Assembly (NCBI RefSeq): GCF_000372725.1
Contig: NW_005202303.1
Span: forward strand, 248,001 to 312,000
DNA length: 64,000 nucleotides
Source: Emiliania huxleyi CCMP1516
Taxonomy: Eukaryota
Direction: 5' to 3'
Shown: piece by piece, positions 1-11,921 of the stretch
Numbering within the stretch: position 1 is the stretch's first letter
Layout: every line of letters starts with the position of its first letter
Program-made: the position numbers and the translations under genes
The notes under the pieces: generated by a model
The model's input: only the letters and a program-made list of their open reading frames with translations
Database searches by the model: none
Told to the model about the DNA's origin: nothing

Positions 1-261
1 GGCCAGAGCTCGGCTAGATCTCGGCGAGAGCTCGGCGAGATCTCGGCGAGATCTCGGCGAGATCTCGGCAATCGCTAGTCTCCCGAGGCGAAGACTGGCC
101 GCAAGACTCTCTCGGGCACCACCCCCTCTGACACCCCCTCTGACAACCTCTATTACACCCAGCCACGTCACAGATGAATAGGGCACCGGCACAGCAGACC
201 AAACACACACGCACCGCCCGCCCCTCGCCCCTCGCCCGCCCGCCCCTCTCCCCTCGGCCAG

Positions 262-1635
262 GTGAATGCGCGCGACGGCTTCCTGCACGAGTGCGCCCTG
301 CGGCTCGGCGGCAAGAAGCCAGGCGTCGCTGTCTGGCGCCGCCTCAACTTGCTCTTCGAGTGGCTGCCGATGGCGGCGACGGTCAACGGCTGCATCCTGT
401 GCGTACACGGAGGAAGCGTCGCGCCGACAGCGCACGCCTCGGCAAGGCGGCGGTCCTGTGACCCGCCTCGGGGCTGGCCTCTCTCTAGGCATCGGCAAGA
501 CGCTGTGCTCGCTCGAGCAGATTGCAGAGATGCAGCGGCCGCTGCGCGTGGGTGGCCAGCGCGCGGACGGCTCATGCCCCGCCCAGGACGCGTCCACGAC
601 ACGTCCGAGACGGCCTGTCCGCAGGCGGGCAGCACGCGGAGCTGATGCTCGACTTGCTCTGGTCCGACCCGACCAAGTCCGACGCCGTGGAGGGCGCGCA
701 CACATAGCCGATACGTGGCCGAGAGGTGGCCGAGAGGTGGCCGAGAGGTGGCCGAGAGGTGGCCGAGACCAGGTCCGCCGGGGAGGGCGAGCCCCACATC
801 GGCCGACGAGCGAGCGCCTCCCTCCCTCCTCCCCCGAGCGCCTCCCCGCACCTCTAGGCGTCCACATGAACGATGAGCGAGGGTCGCCCGTCGTCTGCTT
901 TGGGCGCGAGATGTAGCCGAGATACAGCCGAGATACAGCCGAGATAAGCGCCGTCGCGTCCCCTCCCTCCTCGCGGCAAGCCGCGGGTGCATCGACGCCC
1001 TCCCCCCATCCCTCGCCAGGCCCGACCGCGTCGCTTCCTTCCTCGCCGCAAACAAGCTCAAGCTCATCGTGCGCGGGCACGAGTGCGTCATGGACGGCTT
1101 CCAGCGCTTCGCGGGCGGCAAGCTCGTCACCGTCTTCTCGGCGACAAACTACTGCAACCGGTGGCAGAACGCGGGCGCGATCCTGCTCATCGGGAAGGAC
1201 CTCGAGATCACGCCAAAGATGATCTTCCCCGTCGAAGAGATCGAGGACGCGTGGCTGCGCTGCGAGGAGGTCGACCACATGCGGCCGCCGACGCCGCCGC
1301 GCGAGCAGGACGACGCCGACGAGGACGCGACGCCGGCGGCCGGAGGGCGCGGGCCCGGGGGTCGCAAGCCGCGCTCGAGCCCGCGCGTGGCGGGCGCGCC
1401 GCCGGTGCCGTCGCCGACGAAGCGCAACCTGTCGGCGAGCTTGGGGTTGGGCGCGATTGCGGAGCGGCGTGCGACTGAGCCGACGGAGGAGGAGGGGGCG
1501 GGCAGCGACGGGGAGCGCGAGGAGCAGGAGCAGGAGCAGGAGGCGAGCGGCGCGACGGAGGCTGCCTCGCCGCAGTCCTCGCCGCAAGAGGAGGAGGAGG
1601 AGGAGGTCCCCATCGGCACTCGCCCGCAGGAGTAG
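262..1635 (+). CDS. PPP-family Ser/Thr phosphatase, BSU1/PPKL-like catalytic domain (multi-exon, 5' part outside window)
   Basis: Spliced exons give ILCVHGGIG, LDLLWSDP, FGPDRV, IVRGHECVMDGFQRFAGGKLVTVFSATNYC, NAGAILLIGKDLEITPKMIFP and RPPTPPR, matching PPP motifs and the BSL/PPKL C-terminal pattern. Confidence 0.85.
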
Positions 1636-2012
1636 TCCGCCAGCCGACTCCGCCAGCCGACGCCGCGCTGCTCGCGCGTTGGCGCCGATTCCCGGTCCCG
1701 AGCTTGTCGCCTCCTCAAGCTCCGCCGCCCCGAGCGCCGTCGGTCGCTTGAGGAGATGGCCGGATGTTCGCGGCCGTACCTGAGATTTACCTGTGACTGT
1801 GTGCTCTCACATACGGTAGACTTTTTTGAGCACCGCCACCGGCCACCGCTGTGCCTGTGGGTGTGGCAGCCGCCAGAGAGAGGGCACCCAGGAGCGGTGA
1901 GCGCAGAGCCGCAGAGGGCAGAGAGAGCCCTGCACGGTGCGCTCACACAGCCTGAGTCCTGACCTCCCCCTGTGTGTGGACAAATACACCGCTCATCGGG
2001 CCAAAGCGCAAG

Positions 2013-2451
2013 GGGCCGTCCCGACTTGATTTCTCGGTCTGTGGGCGCCGGGCCCGCCCCCTCTGAGGGGGTCGGGCCCCCTAGTCTGAAAACAAAAACA
2101 AGCTGAAAACAGCCAAAATCAGCCTGCGAGAGAGGCACTGCGCGCCGGGCGCCGCTGACCTCAATCCTCATTGTGGGGATGTGTGCCGACACCAATCGTG
2201 ATCTAAAACCTGGAAATCCTTGTTCAAAGCCGACCCTAACGCCTAAGCGCCATCCTTCCTGCGCTCACCTGATGCTGCTCCCCCGCGCCGCCTCCTTGGC
2301 CCCCTTGGGCGTGTTTTCTGCTCCCAGAGGGGGGGCCTGGGCCCCGGGCCCCCCCATGTTTTCTGTTTTCTGTTTTTCAAAACGCCCGCCCGCCCGCCAC
2401 CCCGAGGCGGCTCGGCCCCCCACAGACCGAGAAATCAACTCCGGACGGCCC
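2013..2451. mobile_element. MITE-like element with ~33-bp TIRs and 3-bp TSD (AAG), PIF/Harbinger-like
   Basis: Left GGGCCGTCCCGACTTGATTTCTCGGTCTGTGGG is the reverse complement of right CCCACAGACCGAGAAATCAACTCCGGACGGCCC with 2 mismatches; AAG flanks both ends; no coding capacity. Confidence 0.75.
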
Positions 2452-2681
2452 AAGGGGTCGTCGAACTCGAAGGTGTAGAGCGAGCGGGGGGGCCGCCCGG
2501 CCCCGCCCCGAGAGCGTCGCAGCAACTCAGCGCGAGCAGGGGTGACCAGAGCACCAGGAACCAGGTCCGCAGGTGACGCCGCTCGCCGGACACGGAGCAC
2601 CGGGAGGCGACTGGCGAGCACCCCGCCATGCATGTCCCTGGTCTGGACGATTTTTTTCACGGTATCCGCGGCGAGATATGG

Positions 2682-2800
2682 CGGGATACCGCGGGATACC
2701 GCGGGATACTGCGGGATACCATACTGGGAGATACCGGGAGATACCGGGAGATACGAGATACGGGGAGATACCGGGGGATACGCTGCCTCGAGATACGGCT
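2682..2800. repeat. 10-bp minisatellite (GGGATACCGC / GAGATACCGG variants)
   Basis: Visible tandem 10-mers; related arrays at 13-70, 715-770, 3357-3420, 3845-3915, 7361-7450, 37219-37268, 55261-55338. Confidence 0.85.
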
Positions 2801-2840
2801 GCTTTAAAAATGCATACTGGTAGAGATACGGGCTGCTGCA

Positions 2841-4580
2841 GGGCTCGCCGGGCGAGGAGCACGGCAGAGACTCGTTTGAGCGCGGCAACCAGCGCTTCGC
2901 GACGCGGCTGTGCGGCTTGTACCGCAAGCCGAGGCTGCGCGACTACTGTGCGTGGCTCGGCTGGGCGGCGCTTCCTCCGCCGAGCCGTTCGCCGCGCGCC
3001 GCCGCCGCCTTCACCGTGTTCACGTCCGGCGCGAGGACGGCGGTCGCGGCAGAGGGGGAGGCTGGTTCCGAGGCGCGGCCGGAAGAGGCGGAGGGGGCGG
3101 CGGAGGGGGTGGCGGCAAGGGCGGCGGCGGGGGAGGGCCGCCGCGGCGGCAGACGCCGACAAGCTCCTCGCGGCGGGCGAGGAGGAGCTGCCAGAGGAGG
3201 AGGACCTGAGGCGGCTCGCGACCGAGGCGCTCGGCGCGGCCGCCGCGACCGGCAGCGCCCGGCTGGTTGCGGCGCTGCTCGCCGCTCGCGCTTCGGCCGA
3301 CGGCGGCGCCTCTCGCGCCGCGCGGGGCCCGACGCCGCTCATGCGCGCCGTCGGGCGAGAGATAGCCGAGAGACAGCCGAGAGACAGCCGAGAGATAGAG
3401 CCGAGAGATAGCCGAGATATGACGCCGCTCGTGCGCGCCGTCGGGCGCGAGAGACGCGTGGCCGCACCGGACCTGCTCGGAAGCTTCTCGGAAGCTTCTC
3501 GGAACCTTCCTGCAGGCACGTGGACGTGCTCGCGACGCGCTGCGGCGGGCGTGACGGTCCGCCTCTCCAGCCACTCGCACGCGAGCGCGGCACACCTCGC
3601 CGCAGCTGGCGGTCACGCTGCCTCGCTCCGGCTGCTGCAGGCGCGCGGCACGTCCGAGCGGACGACGCTGTACCGCCACCCAAAGAGTAGCCGAGACGGG
3701 CTGAGGTTAGGCGCGGGACACGTCCAAGTGGACGGTGCTCTATCACGCGGCATGGGGCGGCCACGCCGAGTGCGTCGCGCTGCTGCTCGACGCGCGAGCG
3801 CGCTGCGACGCCTCTGACCGGTGGGGGAGGTCGCCGCTCTGCTGAGATATAGCCGAGATATAGCCGAGATATAGCCGAGATATAGCCGAGATATAGCCGA
3901 TATATAGCCGAGATAGGTCGCCGCTCTGCTGGGCGTGCTGCCGCGCGCACGAGCGGGTGGTGGCGCTGCTCCTCGAGGCGGGCCCGACGGCAACCGCCGG
4001 CCGCAGCGGGCGCACACGGAGCGGTTCGGCCACGTGTACAGCGCGCCGCTCCACTTGGCGTGCTCGGCGGCGATGCGGACGAGGGGCGAGGGGGCGAGGG
4101 GCCTGGGGGCGGGGAGGAGCGGCGGGAGACAGACGAGGCGGTGGCAGCAGAGGCGACGAGGCAGGCGCCGGGGGAGAGCTCGGCGGGTGGCGCCGCGGCG
4201 GACGTGGCTGCAGGTGGGCGGAGGGTGCGGCCGGACGCTCTAGCCGTCGTCAAGTTGCTCCTGGCCGCGCGCGCAGACGCGAATCGGCGCGACCAGCTCG
4301 GGCGCACGCCGTTGCGCGTCGCGAGCGCGGCTGGCCTCGCAGAGGCAGTGGTGCTGCTCGAGGCCGCGGGGGCGCGGCGAGACGACGAGCCGCGCGCAGG
4401 CTCTGCGCGCCATCGGGAGGAGGCTACTGTGGCGCCCGAGGCTGCCGCTGCGAGCGGCGCGCCGGCACAGGCTGGCGCCGAGAAGCCGTGGCTCCGCGCG
4501 CGCTGCTGGGCGGCGGCGAGTTCGGGTTGGGTTTGGCCACCGGGCGTGGCGCCGCAAAAACTCTCTTGGGAGCTGACTGA
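2841..4580 (+). CDS. Ankyrin-repeat protein (multi-exon; boundaries approximate)
   Basis: TPLMRAVG, HLAAAGGHAASLRLL, WTVLYHAAWGGHAECVALLLDA, RSPLCWACCRAHERVVALLLEAG, VVKLLLAARADANRRDQLGRTPL; possible frameshift near 3130. Confidence 0.7.
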
Positions 4581-4782
4581 TCCGGATTTGATCCTGTGCA
4601 GAGGTCATTTTTGACCTAGGTAGACCGCACGTGCAGTAGGCACGTGTTGAAGGGAAGATTTTACGTGCCTGGCAGGCACAGTCAGCGCTGCCTGAAATTC
4701 TTTTTTCTTCTCAAGAATAACCGACTACCTTCTTGGACCGCGTCTTTCAGATACAGCGTTTGGGTCAAGAAGAGACCTACCA

Positions 4783-5822
4783 ATGATGAAGCCAACCTTC
4801 AGCTTCAAGCGAGCCGCCAGAGCTCGCTGTGCCCAGTGCGCGGGCTGCCAGTGGAAGACAGACTGCGGCGTGTGCCGCGAGTGCCGCGATAAGATCAGCT
4901 TTGGTGGGAGCGGCCTCCGCAAGAAGGTGTGCCGCGCGCGGGTTTGCCTGAACCTCCAGCCGCGCAACACGCACTCAGCGAGATTAGCCAACGACAGGGG
5001 GCAGCAGTCCGTGGCGGGCTGGCAGCAGCACTTGGCGGCCCAGCCTCCACCCGCGCTCGCCCCCAACCCCTCCCCCGCCGACCTCGCCGCGCTGGCCTCG
5101 ACATACTCCGCAGCCGTCGCGGCCTACCCCTGCGCGCCCTTCGCGATCCTGGAGAATGGGTATCCGGCGCCCCACCACATCGTCGCGGGTGTGCTCGCGG
5201 GCGCTTATCTGCCGACGGTCACCACCCACGTCGGCTACGCCCCCACGCCAGCCGCGCCGCCGCTCCCTGCCCTCGCGGGGGGTGCGCCGCCCGCCGCGCC
5301 ATCATGTTCCCAAATCTTCCACAATGTGGAAGTGCAGACGCCTCGCGCCGCGGCGTCCGGGGGGAAGGGGGAGCGCGAGCTACTCACCGCAAAGGAGCAA
5401 GAGATCTTGAGTGCGGTGGCGGAGCGGACCAAGGTGCTTGGAGGCGCGGACAACGCCTCCGCCGCAACATCAAAGCGGGCCTTCGCCTTCGGCGCCGCGG
5501 CGCGGGCGCCGCCCGCCGCCCCCCCCGCCGGCCCCCCCGCCATCCCCCCCGCCGGCCTAGCCGCCGGCCCTCCCGGCCTCGCGGCGGCGGCGGCGGCGCA
5601 GACCGTGTGGGACCCGCCGACACCGCAGCGACTCGAGGCGTGGGTCGCGAACCGCGGCGGCGCGTGGGACCCGCCGACACTCGAGGCGTGGGTCGCGAGC
5701 CAAGCGCAGGCCCAAGCGCAGGCGAGCCGGCCCGCCGCAAACACCTTCCCCAACGTCGAGGCGCGAGTCAAGCCAGGCCGCCGCTATTGGCCCGACGCCG
5801 CGCCGCCGCCGGCACCAGCGCC

Positions 5823-5880
<58 letters not shown>

Positions 5881-7019
5881 GAGAGCTCCGAGAGCTCCGA
5901 GAGGAGGCCTTTCGAGTGCTGCGGCCGGTGCGGCGGCGACGCGTCCGACGGTAGCTGCTGCTGCCGCCGCGTCGCTGACGAGGCACACCTCCCTCTGCCG
6001 CGAGAGGGTTCGGTACCGTGGGGGTAGGGGAGGGACGGACGAGTCCCAGTCGTGGGTTCCAGTATTAGGTGGTAGGGGAGGAGTGCCGCCACATCAAGGC
6101 TCATCGGCCATCGGTCACGTTGTTCCCCGTGGGGAGATAGGCCTACCTCTACGGCGCCGCCGCGGCGCTCGTCGAGCTGAGGAGCAGCGAGAGGCATGTC
6201 CAGGACACGTCCATGACGTGTCCGCGACATGTCTTTAGGCGCTCGTCGAGCTGATGAGCAGCGACGTGAGTAACGAGAGGCCCTCGTGCGAGGCGATCCT
6301 CGGCGAGACCAGCCTCGAGGAGGGACGCGTCCCTGGACGCGTCCCTGGACGCGTCCCTGGGGGCGTCCCTGGGGGCGTCCCTGGGGGAATCGCTTTGCTT
6401 GCGCCGGCGGTGCCGTCGATGCCGGGCGCGGCGGGAAGTGCCTTTGTCAAGGTCGGCAGCTCGTCAAGCTCGCGCCTCGCGCCCGGCATCAGCCTGCCTC
6501 CCTCTCCCCCCGAGCCACCGGCCGGACCAGCGCCCACGCCGCCGCCGGAGGACACCGCGCCGGCGCTTCGGCCGTGCTGGCCCTCTGAGCCGACGGGCAG
6601 CTCGGCGCTGCTGCCCGCGTGCGGCGACCTCTCGGGCGGGGGGGCGGCGCAGCTGGGCTTCGGCGCGGTCCTCCTCGTGCTGGCCGTCGGTGCACGTCGG
6701 GTCGGGGGAGGGGGGGGGGTCGTGTCACCTGGACACGTCCATGACCCGTCGATGACCTGACCCCCCCCCCCCCAGGCACATATCTCGGGCCTTGGGTTGC
6801 TGTGCGGGCAGAGTCGCTCGCGCTCGCCTCTCCCCCTCTCGACACAGACGGGGAGAGGAGGGAGAGCGGCGCGGACCACCCCCTGCACGCCTTCCTCCCC
6901 CTCCTCCTCTTCCCCGCCCTCGCTTGCGCCCACGCCATGCTCGGATTCGGACGCCGCTTCAGCGCGGCCGTGGCGGTGCGCCAGCAACCCCCTCCCCTCT
7001 CATCTCGTGCCGCCACCCT

Positions 7020-7106
<87 letters not shown>

Positions 7107-8593
7107 CACACAACCCCCCCCCCTCCTCCTCCCCTCCTGCTCCCCGTCAGGCGTGCCTCGTCATTCACGCGGCGCTCGTCCTCGCCTCCGTCTCCGCCCT
7201 GCCAGTGCCCCTCATCCGCGCCTACTTCGCCGCCCAGCCGCCCGAGCTCGTCCACATCGGCTCCTGCCTCGCCGGCTTCACGCTTGGCGCGACGCTCGGC
7301 TCGGAGCAGCCTCTCTCGCGCGCCGAGCGCTGGCTCGTCGCCCTCGTCTCCGAGGTGCAGCCGAGAGACACAGCCGAGGGACAGCCGAGAGACACAGCCG
7401 AGAGAGACAGCCGAGGTACAGCCGAGAGACACAGCCGAGAGACACAGCCGCGAGGTACCGAGAGAGCAGAGAGAGAGAGTCAGAGCAGAGGCTCCAGCAG
7501 ACTGAGGCTCCGACAGAGGCGTGCGCGCTTAGTCCGCCTGCCCTCTCTCGCCCCGCAGGCGCTCCACCTTGCGGCCATGCTCACGCTCGTGGCGCGCACG
7601 GGCCAGCTCGGCTACCTCGCCGCCCTGTGCACCTTCCACGCCCCGTTCGTCTTCGGCCTGGTGGGGCAGATGCACCTCGCCTCCCACCCGCCCTGTGGGC
7701 CCTCGCCCTCGTCCTGTGGGCCGCCCCTGTCGGCGGCGCCGAAGCTGTGGACGACGACGTCGCAGCTCGCGCCGCTCGTCCTCGCGATGCTCATGTCCAC
7801 CCACCTCGCGCGGCCGAACCCGTTCCTCGCCGCCGACGCGGGCGGCTTGCCCTTCCCCGGCGGCCTCCCCGGCGGCCTCACGCGAGGCGACCTCGAGGTG
7901 CTGCTGCACCTGCCGCTGCCCGTCTGCCTGTACGGGTGGGCCATCCTCCTGCACGGCGACACGGCGGAGCTCTGGTGCGGCTTCCTCGTCGCGGCGTGCG
8001 CCTGGTGTGTGCGCACCCTCTCCCTTCTCGCCGCGCCGCGCAGCACCAGCAAAAGCACTCTTCCCTTCGCACTTTGCGCCGCGCCGACCCACCAGCGCTG
8101 TGTTGCGGGTGAGCCGTACTGGACGTAGCCACACCGGCTCCGAGGCCCGCTCCTCCCAACCTTCCCCGCGGCCCTGCCTCCTCCAGGCGCTGGCTCGGCA
8201 CCGCCCTGATCTCCACCGAGATGCTGTGGTCGATCGTCACGTCGTCCCAGGGCGTCACAAGGCGCGTGTGTGGCTGGCGAGGGCCCATCTCAGGCGTGAG
8301 CACATCATGTAACCGCCCTCCGCCCTCTCCTCCCGTGGCACAGGCCTCTCCTCCCGGTCATCGTCGGCCTCACGCACGGCTTCAGGCAGATGCGGCCGTG
8401 CACCCGGGACAAGTACTCCGCGGTCGTCGTCGCCAGCGTGGCGGTGATTGCGAGCACGGCGGCCTTCCGCCTCGGGCCACAGGGCCTCGCCGCGGCGGCG
8501 CAAAAGGGCCTGCGCTTTGCCGGCGGGTTTGTGCTGGGCCGGGGCGTGGCGGCGGCGGCAGCATCGTCCGCAAATCGCAAGCCTTGCGCGTGA
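4783..8593 (+). CDS. CXXC zinc-finger protein with Pro/Ala-rich linker and multi-pass TM C-terminus (spliced model)
   Basis: RCAQCAGCQWKTDCGVCRECRDKISFGGSGLRKKVCRARVC is a zf-CXXC; donor 6013/acceptor 6140 and intron 6165-6238 keep frame into hydrophobic exons that end at 8593. Confidence 0.6.
7021..7110. repeat. (CA)n/(CGCA)n microsatellite in intron
   Basis: Direct inspection. Confidence 0.95.
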
Positions 8594-8770
8594 TTCTCGG
8601 CGGTGGAGGCCGTCCGCTCCCGCGGAGCACGCGTAGGAGAGTGCGTATATAGTGTGCGGCCGTGCGGGTGGATTGTGGATCAGCATCAGGGGACCTCCGA
8701 ACGGATCACGTCTCGTTGCATAAGATATACACGGAATTCAAAACCGTTAAACGCTCCCCAGGCCCCTGCA

Positions 8771-9371
8771 CTAGTCACTACGTACTACTCGAGCGTTTTT
8801 TCGCAAACCCGCAACGGCCAAGGCTGCAACCCGGAAACTTTGCGGGAAACCCAACCGCGATCTCACACCACGCGGACGTGCCACCACGCACCAGCGCTCG
8901 GCTGGCGTGCGGCAATACGGGCACGCTCGCAGCCGAGCGGAGCAGGGGCCACAGACACACTGGTGGCCACACGGCACAGCGACGTGCGACTTCGGCCTAG
9001 TGAAGCACACGATACACGTAGTCTGGCCACCTATGGTGGACTCGGGAGCGTCTCGTCTCTCGACGGCCGGTGTCGAAGCTAGCGTCCGCCAGCGAGAGGA
9101 CCTCAGGCGGCGGTGCCGAGGGGGTGGAGCGCTCTTCGTGTGGCCGTGAATGAACATCTCCTCCGTCTTCGTCCGCCTCCTCGTCCCCCTCATCTGATCC
9201 CTCTTCTTCCTCTTCCTCCTCCTCCTCCTCCTCCTCCTCCTCCTCCCCCTCCCCCTCTACCTCCTCCTTCTCCTCCTCCTCCTCGGACTCGGCCTCCCTG
9301 TCGCCTCTGACTGCTCCGGTCCATTTGCTGAGGCCCGCGGCCTTCATCCATCTGGCGACGCCCCTTGCCAC
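8771..9371 (-). pseudogene. C3HC4 RING-finger protein with acidic tract, frameshifted
   Basis: CIVCFTRPKSHVAVPCGHQCVCGPCSARLRACPYCR; the upstream Glu-rich segment is in another frame, switching near 9055. Confidence 0.65.
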
Positions 9372-10367
9372 GATGCGCGAGGCCTCGACGGCGGCTTTGG
9401 CGACGCGGCTGCGTTTGTGCGCACCTGAGCGATGGTGATTTCTCGCATCTCTCCCTCGTCATTGGCGGCGTCCGCGGCTCCCTGTTGCGCTCGCCACTCT
9501 GTTGCCTCGCACTCCGCAAAGTCGGACAAAGTTGCACCCGGTCGTGCATGCAGCATGGGTGGCACACCACTGGACAGAGGACACCTTCTCTTTAGAATTT
9601 CCCCAGAGGCGACTCAGAGCCGTACCATACTGACGTATCCGGCAGCCGAACCCCTCCACGCGCGACGCGCACGCCGGCTGCCCGCCCGCGGCCTCGGGCC
9701 TGGACACGGGGTGCACCACACATCTTGTGGCACGACGGTCGACGCACGATTCTTTCGATAGATTTCATGCATGAAAAACGACAATAACTCAATGAGCAAA
9801 GAAAATGAGGAAAAAGATGGACGGACGGAAAACACCCCCCCTTTTATGCCTGACCCTGGGCATGGCCCCTCTGGGGGTGAGCTGGGCCGGCCGCCTCCGG
9901 GTCCGCAACTCGCACGGTGGGCTCGCGTCCGGGCGAGCATCCGAGGCCCGCGGTTGTCCTCTCGCTGGGCGCGACCGACATGGAGATCCACTGCACACAG
10001 ATCTGTGCTTTTGGCGCCTATTGCTCGCTCTCTGTGCAATCGCAACGCCAGAGGCCGTGCTTGGAGAGTGTGTCGCAGTGCTGCTGCGTCAGTGGATTGA
10101 GCCGCGACGCAGGCTCCATCGGTGAGCTGCGGCGGCGCACCGGCCGCTCCATACATAGCTCTCCGGCGAGCCCTCGCAAACGCGTTTTCCGTCCGTTTCA
10201 TCGAGTTTGCCCGAGTGGTAAAATGCAATCGAATCTGCCCGAGTGGTCAAGTAAAACTTTGCCTTTCGTAAAAGTTGCCCGAGTGGTCTGTGGGAAAAAA
10301 ACCAAAATCGAGACGGACTTCATGAACGGCCGCGCAATATGTCTTCCTTACTATTATTAATTGATGC

Positions 10368-10792
10368 TTTTTGCACGGCTGAGCCCCCCCCCCCCCCCTC
10401 CCTCCCCCGCGCCCATTCCCTGCCCTCTCCCGCCTCACACTCCGTCAGAGCCCCCTCCCCTCTTGCACAACAGGAATTTTGACAATTAACCAGATGGTGC
10501 TAATTGATGGGCTTGCCCATCCCGGTACCCGGAGTGGTTCGACCCCACACAAACCCGAGACGGTGATGGGAGGCGTCGTACGGTGATCTCAGGCCCAGTG
10601 AGGTAGTGCATCTGACTACCCCGGATCCTGCTGAACAAGCTCCTCTTGTAGCTCGATCGGTCACACCGCCATCGCCGTCGGGGAGAGGGGGGACGACACT
10701 GCTTCGGCAGCGTGCACCTCTCGATCCTGTACCGTGTTTGTTATGACCCCCCCCAATGAACACACCAGTGAGGGAGGGCGAGACGATCGAGG
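10368..10792. mobile_element. Dispersed ~430-bp repeat, copy 1 (copy 2 at 40467-40911)
   Basis: Both share a poly-C block, GATCCTGCTGAACAAGCTCCTCTTGTAGCTCGATCGGTCACACCG and GATCCTGTACCGTGTTTGTTATGACCCCCCC(C)AATGAACACACCAGTGAGGGAGGGCGAGA. Confidence 0.75.
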
Positions 10793-10919
10793 GGTCCCGT
10801 ACCATGCGGAATCGACCCTATCCAGTGCTCAAGTGCTCAAGAAAATAAAGATCCAGCTCGCCTCAAAGAGTCCGCGCCTCTCTAACTTTTACTCTGCCAC
10901 TGCGTCCACATTGGCCAAG

Positions 10920-11921
10920 TCAATTCCCGCGGGCGCGCTCCTCCAGCGTCTCGGTGGCGAGCTTCGAGACGATCCCGTCGTTCTCCATGTGGTTCGGCTG
11001 GTAGATCCCGTTCACGTACTTCCCTCCGCCGCCATCCGCGCCCGCCCAAACGTGGTAGACTCCATCGCCGTTCTCGTCGTGTATGTGGTCGAACCGCCCC
11101 TCGCCCAGCTCCGCCTCTATCCCGACCTCCTTCAGCTTTGCGATGTCGGCGCGCGCGCGCTCGACGGCCGCCAAGTTCGGGTCCACTTCGCGCGGGAACG
11201 GAGAGGCGCCTAATGGTACAGCACACGCGGACATGTCAAGGTGGTGCACGTCACGTGCCAGAGGGCCTTGCCAAGGAGCAGCTGGGCGCCAAAAGGCCAG
11301 AGGAGGACGTTGACCAGCGTGGCGCGCGCGCTGATCTCGGCGTTGAGCAGCTGGACCACGCCGCGCAGCTTCGTGAGGTGCGACGTCTCCTTGTTGCACA
11401 CGGCGACCGCCGCAACCTGATCGCACCGCGCGCGAGACCGTGAACCGCGCCTCTCCTCGGCAGGTTGGGCGGGGGGCGTGGCAGGTTGGGCGGGGGGCGT
11501 GGCAGCGGGCTACCGAGTCGCCGTAGCAGATGATGTGGCCCATCTCCCCGACGAGCAGATCTGCGACCTGGCGAATCGGCGCGTTGAGCAAGCCGACGCT
11601 GATGCCGTCGGCAGCGATCGAGATCGACTCGACGTCGAACTTTCCGCGGCAGGCGGCACTGCCCCAGCGCGGCCGCCTCGATGTGCCGCAGGTCAACGTG
11701 CCTGCGACGCGGCCGCGAGGACGCGTCATGGACGTATCCGACGGCGGAGCAGAGATATGGGGAGAACGGGGAGATACGGGGAGATAGAGGGGAATACGCG
11801 AAGACAGAGGGAGATACGGGGATATAGAGGTAGCCCGCCGCGCGTATATCGCGCGCCTTGCGCCTTGCGGAGGGGGCGCGGAAAAGAGGAACCTCTTAGC
11901 GCCATCGCCACGGTGCTGCAA
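10920..11921 (-). CDS. Hypothetical protein (multi-exon, start uncertain)
   Basis: Coding-like exons GKFDVESISIAADGISVGLL..., CNKETSHLTKLRGVVQLL..., GASPFPREVDPNL...ERARGN* separated by minisatellite-containing introns. Confidence 0.5.
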   Translation of the reverse strand: MQHRGDGAKRFLFSAPPPQGARRAIYARRATSISPYLPLSSRIPLYLPVSPRSPHISAPPSDTSMTRPRGRVAGTLTCGTSRRPRWGSAACRGKFDVESISIAADGISVGLLNAPIRQVADLLVGEMGHIICYGDSVARCHAPRPTCHAPRPTCRGEARFTVSRAVRSGCGGRRVQQGDVAPHEAARRGPAAQRRDQRARHAGQRPPLAFWRPAAPWQGPLARDVHHLDMSACAVPLGASPFPREVDPNLAAVERARADIAKLKEVGIEAELGEGRFDHIHDENGDGVYHVWAGADGGGGKYVNGIYQPNHMENDGIVSKLATETLEERARGN

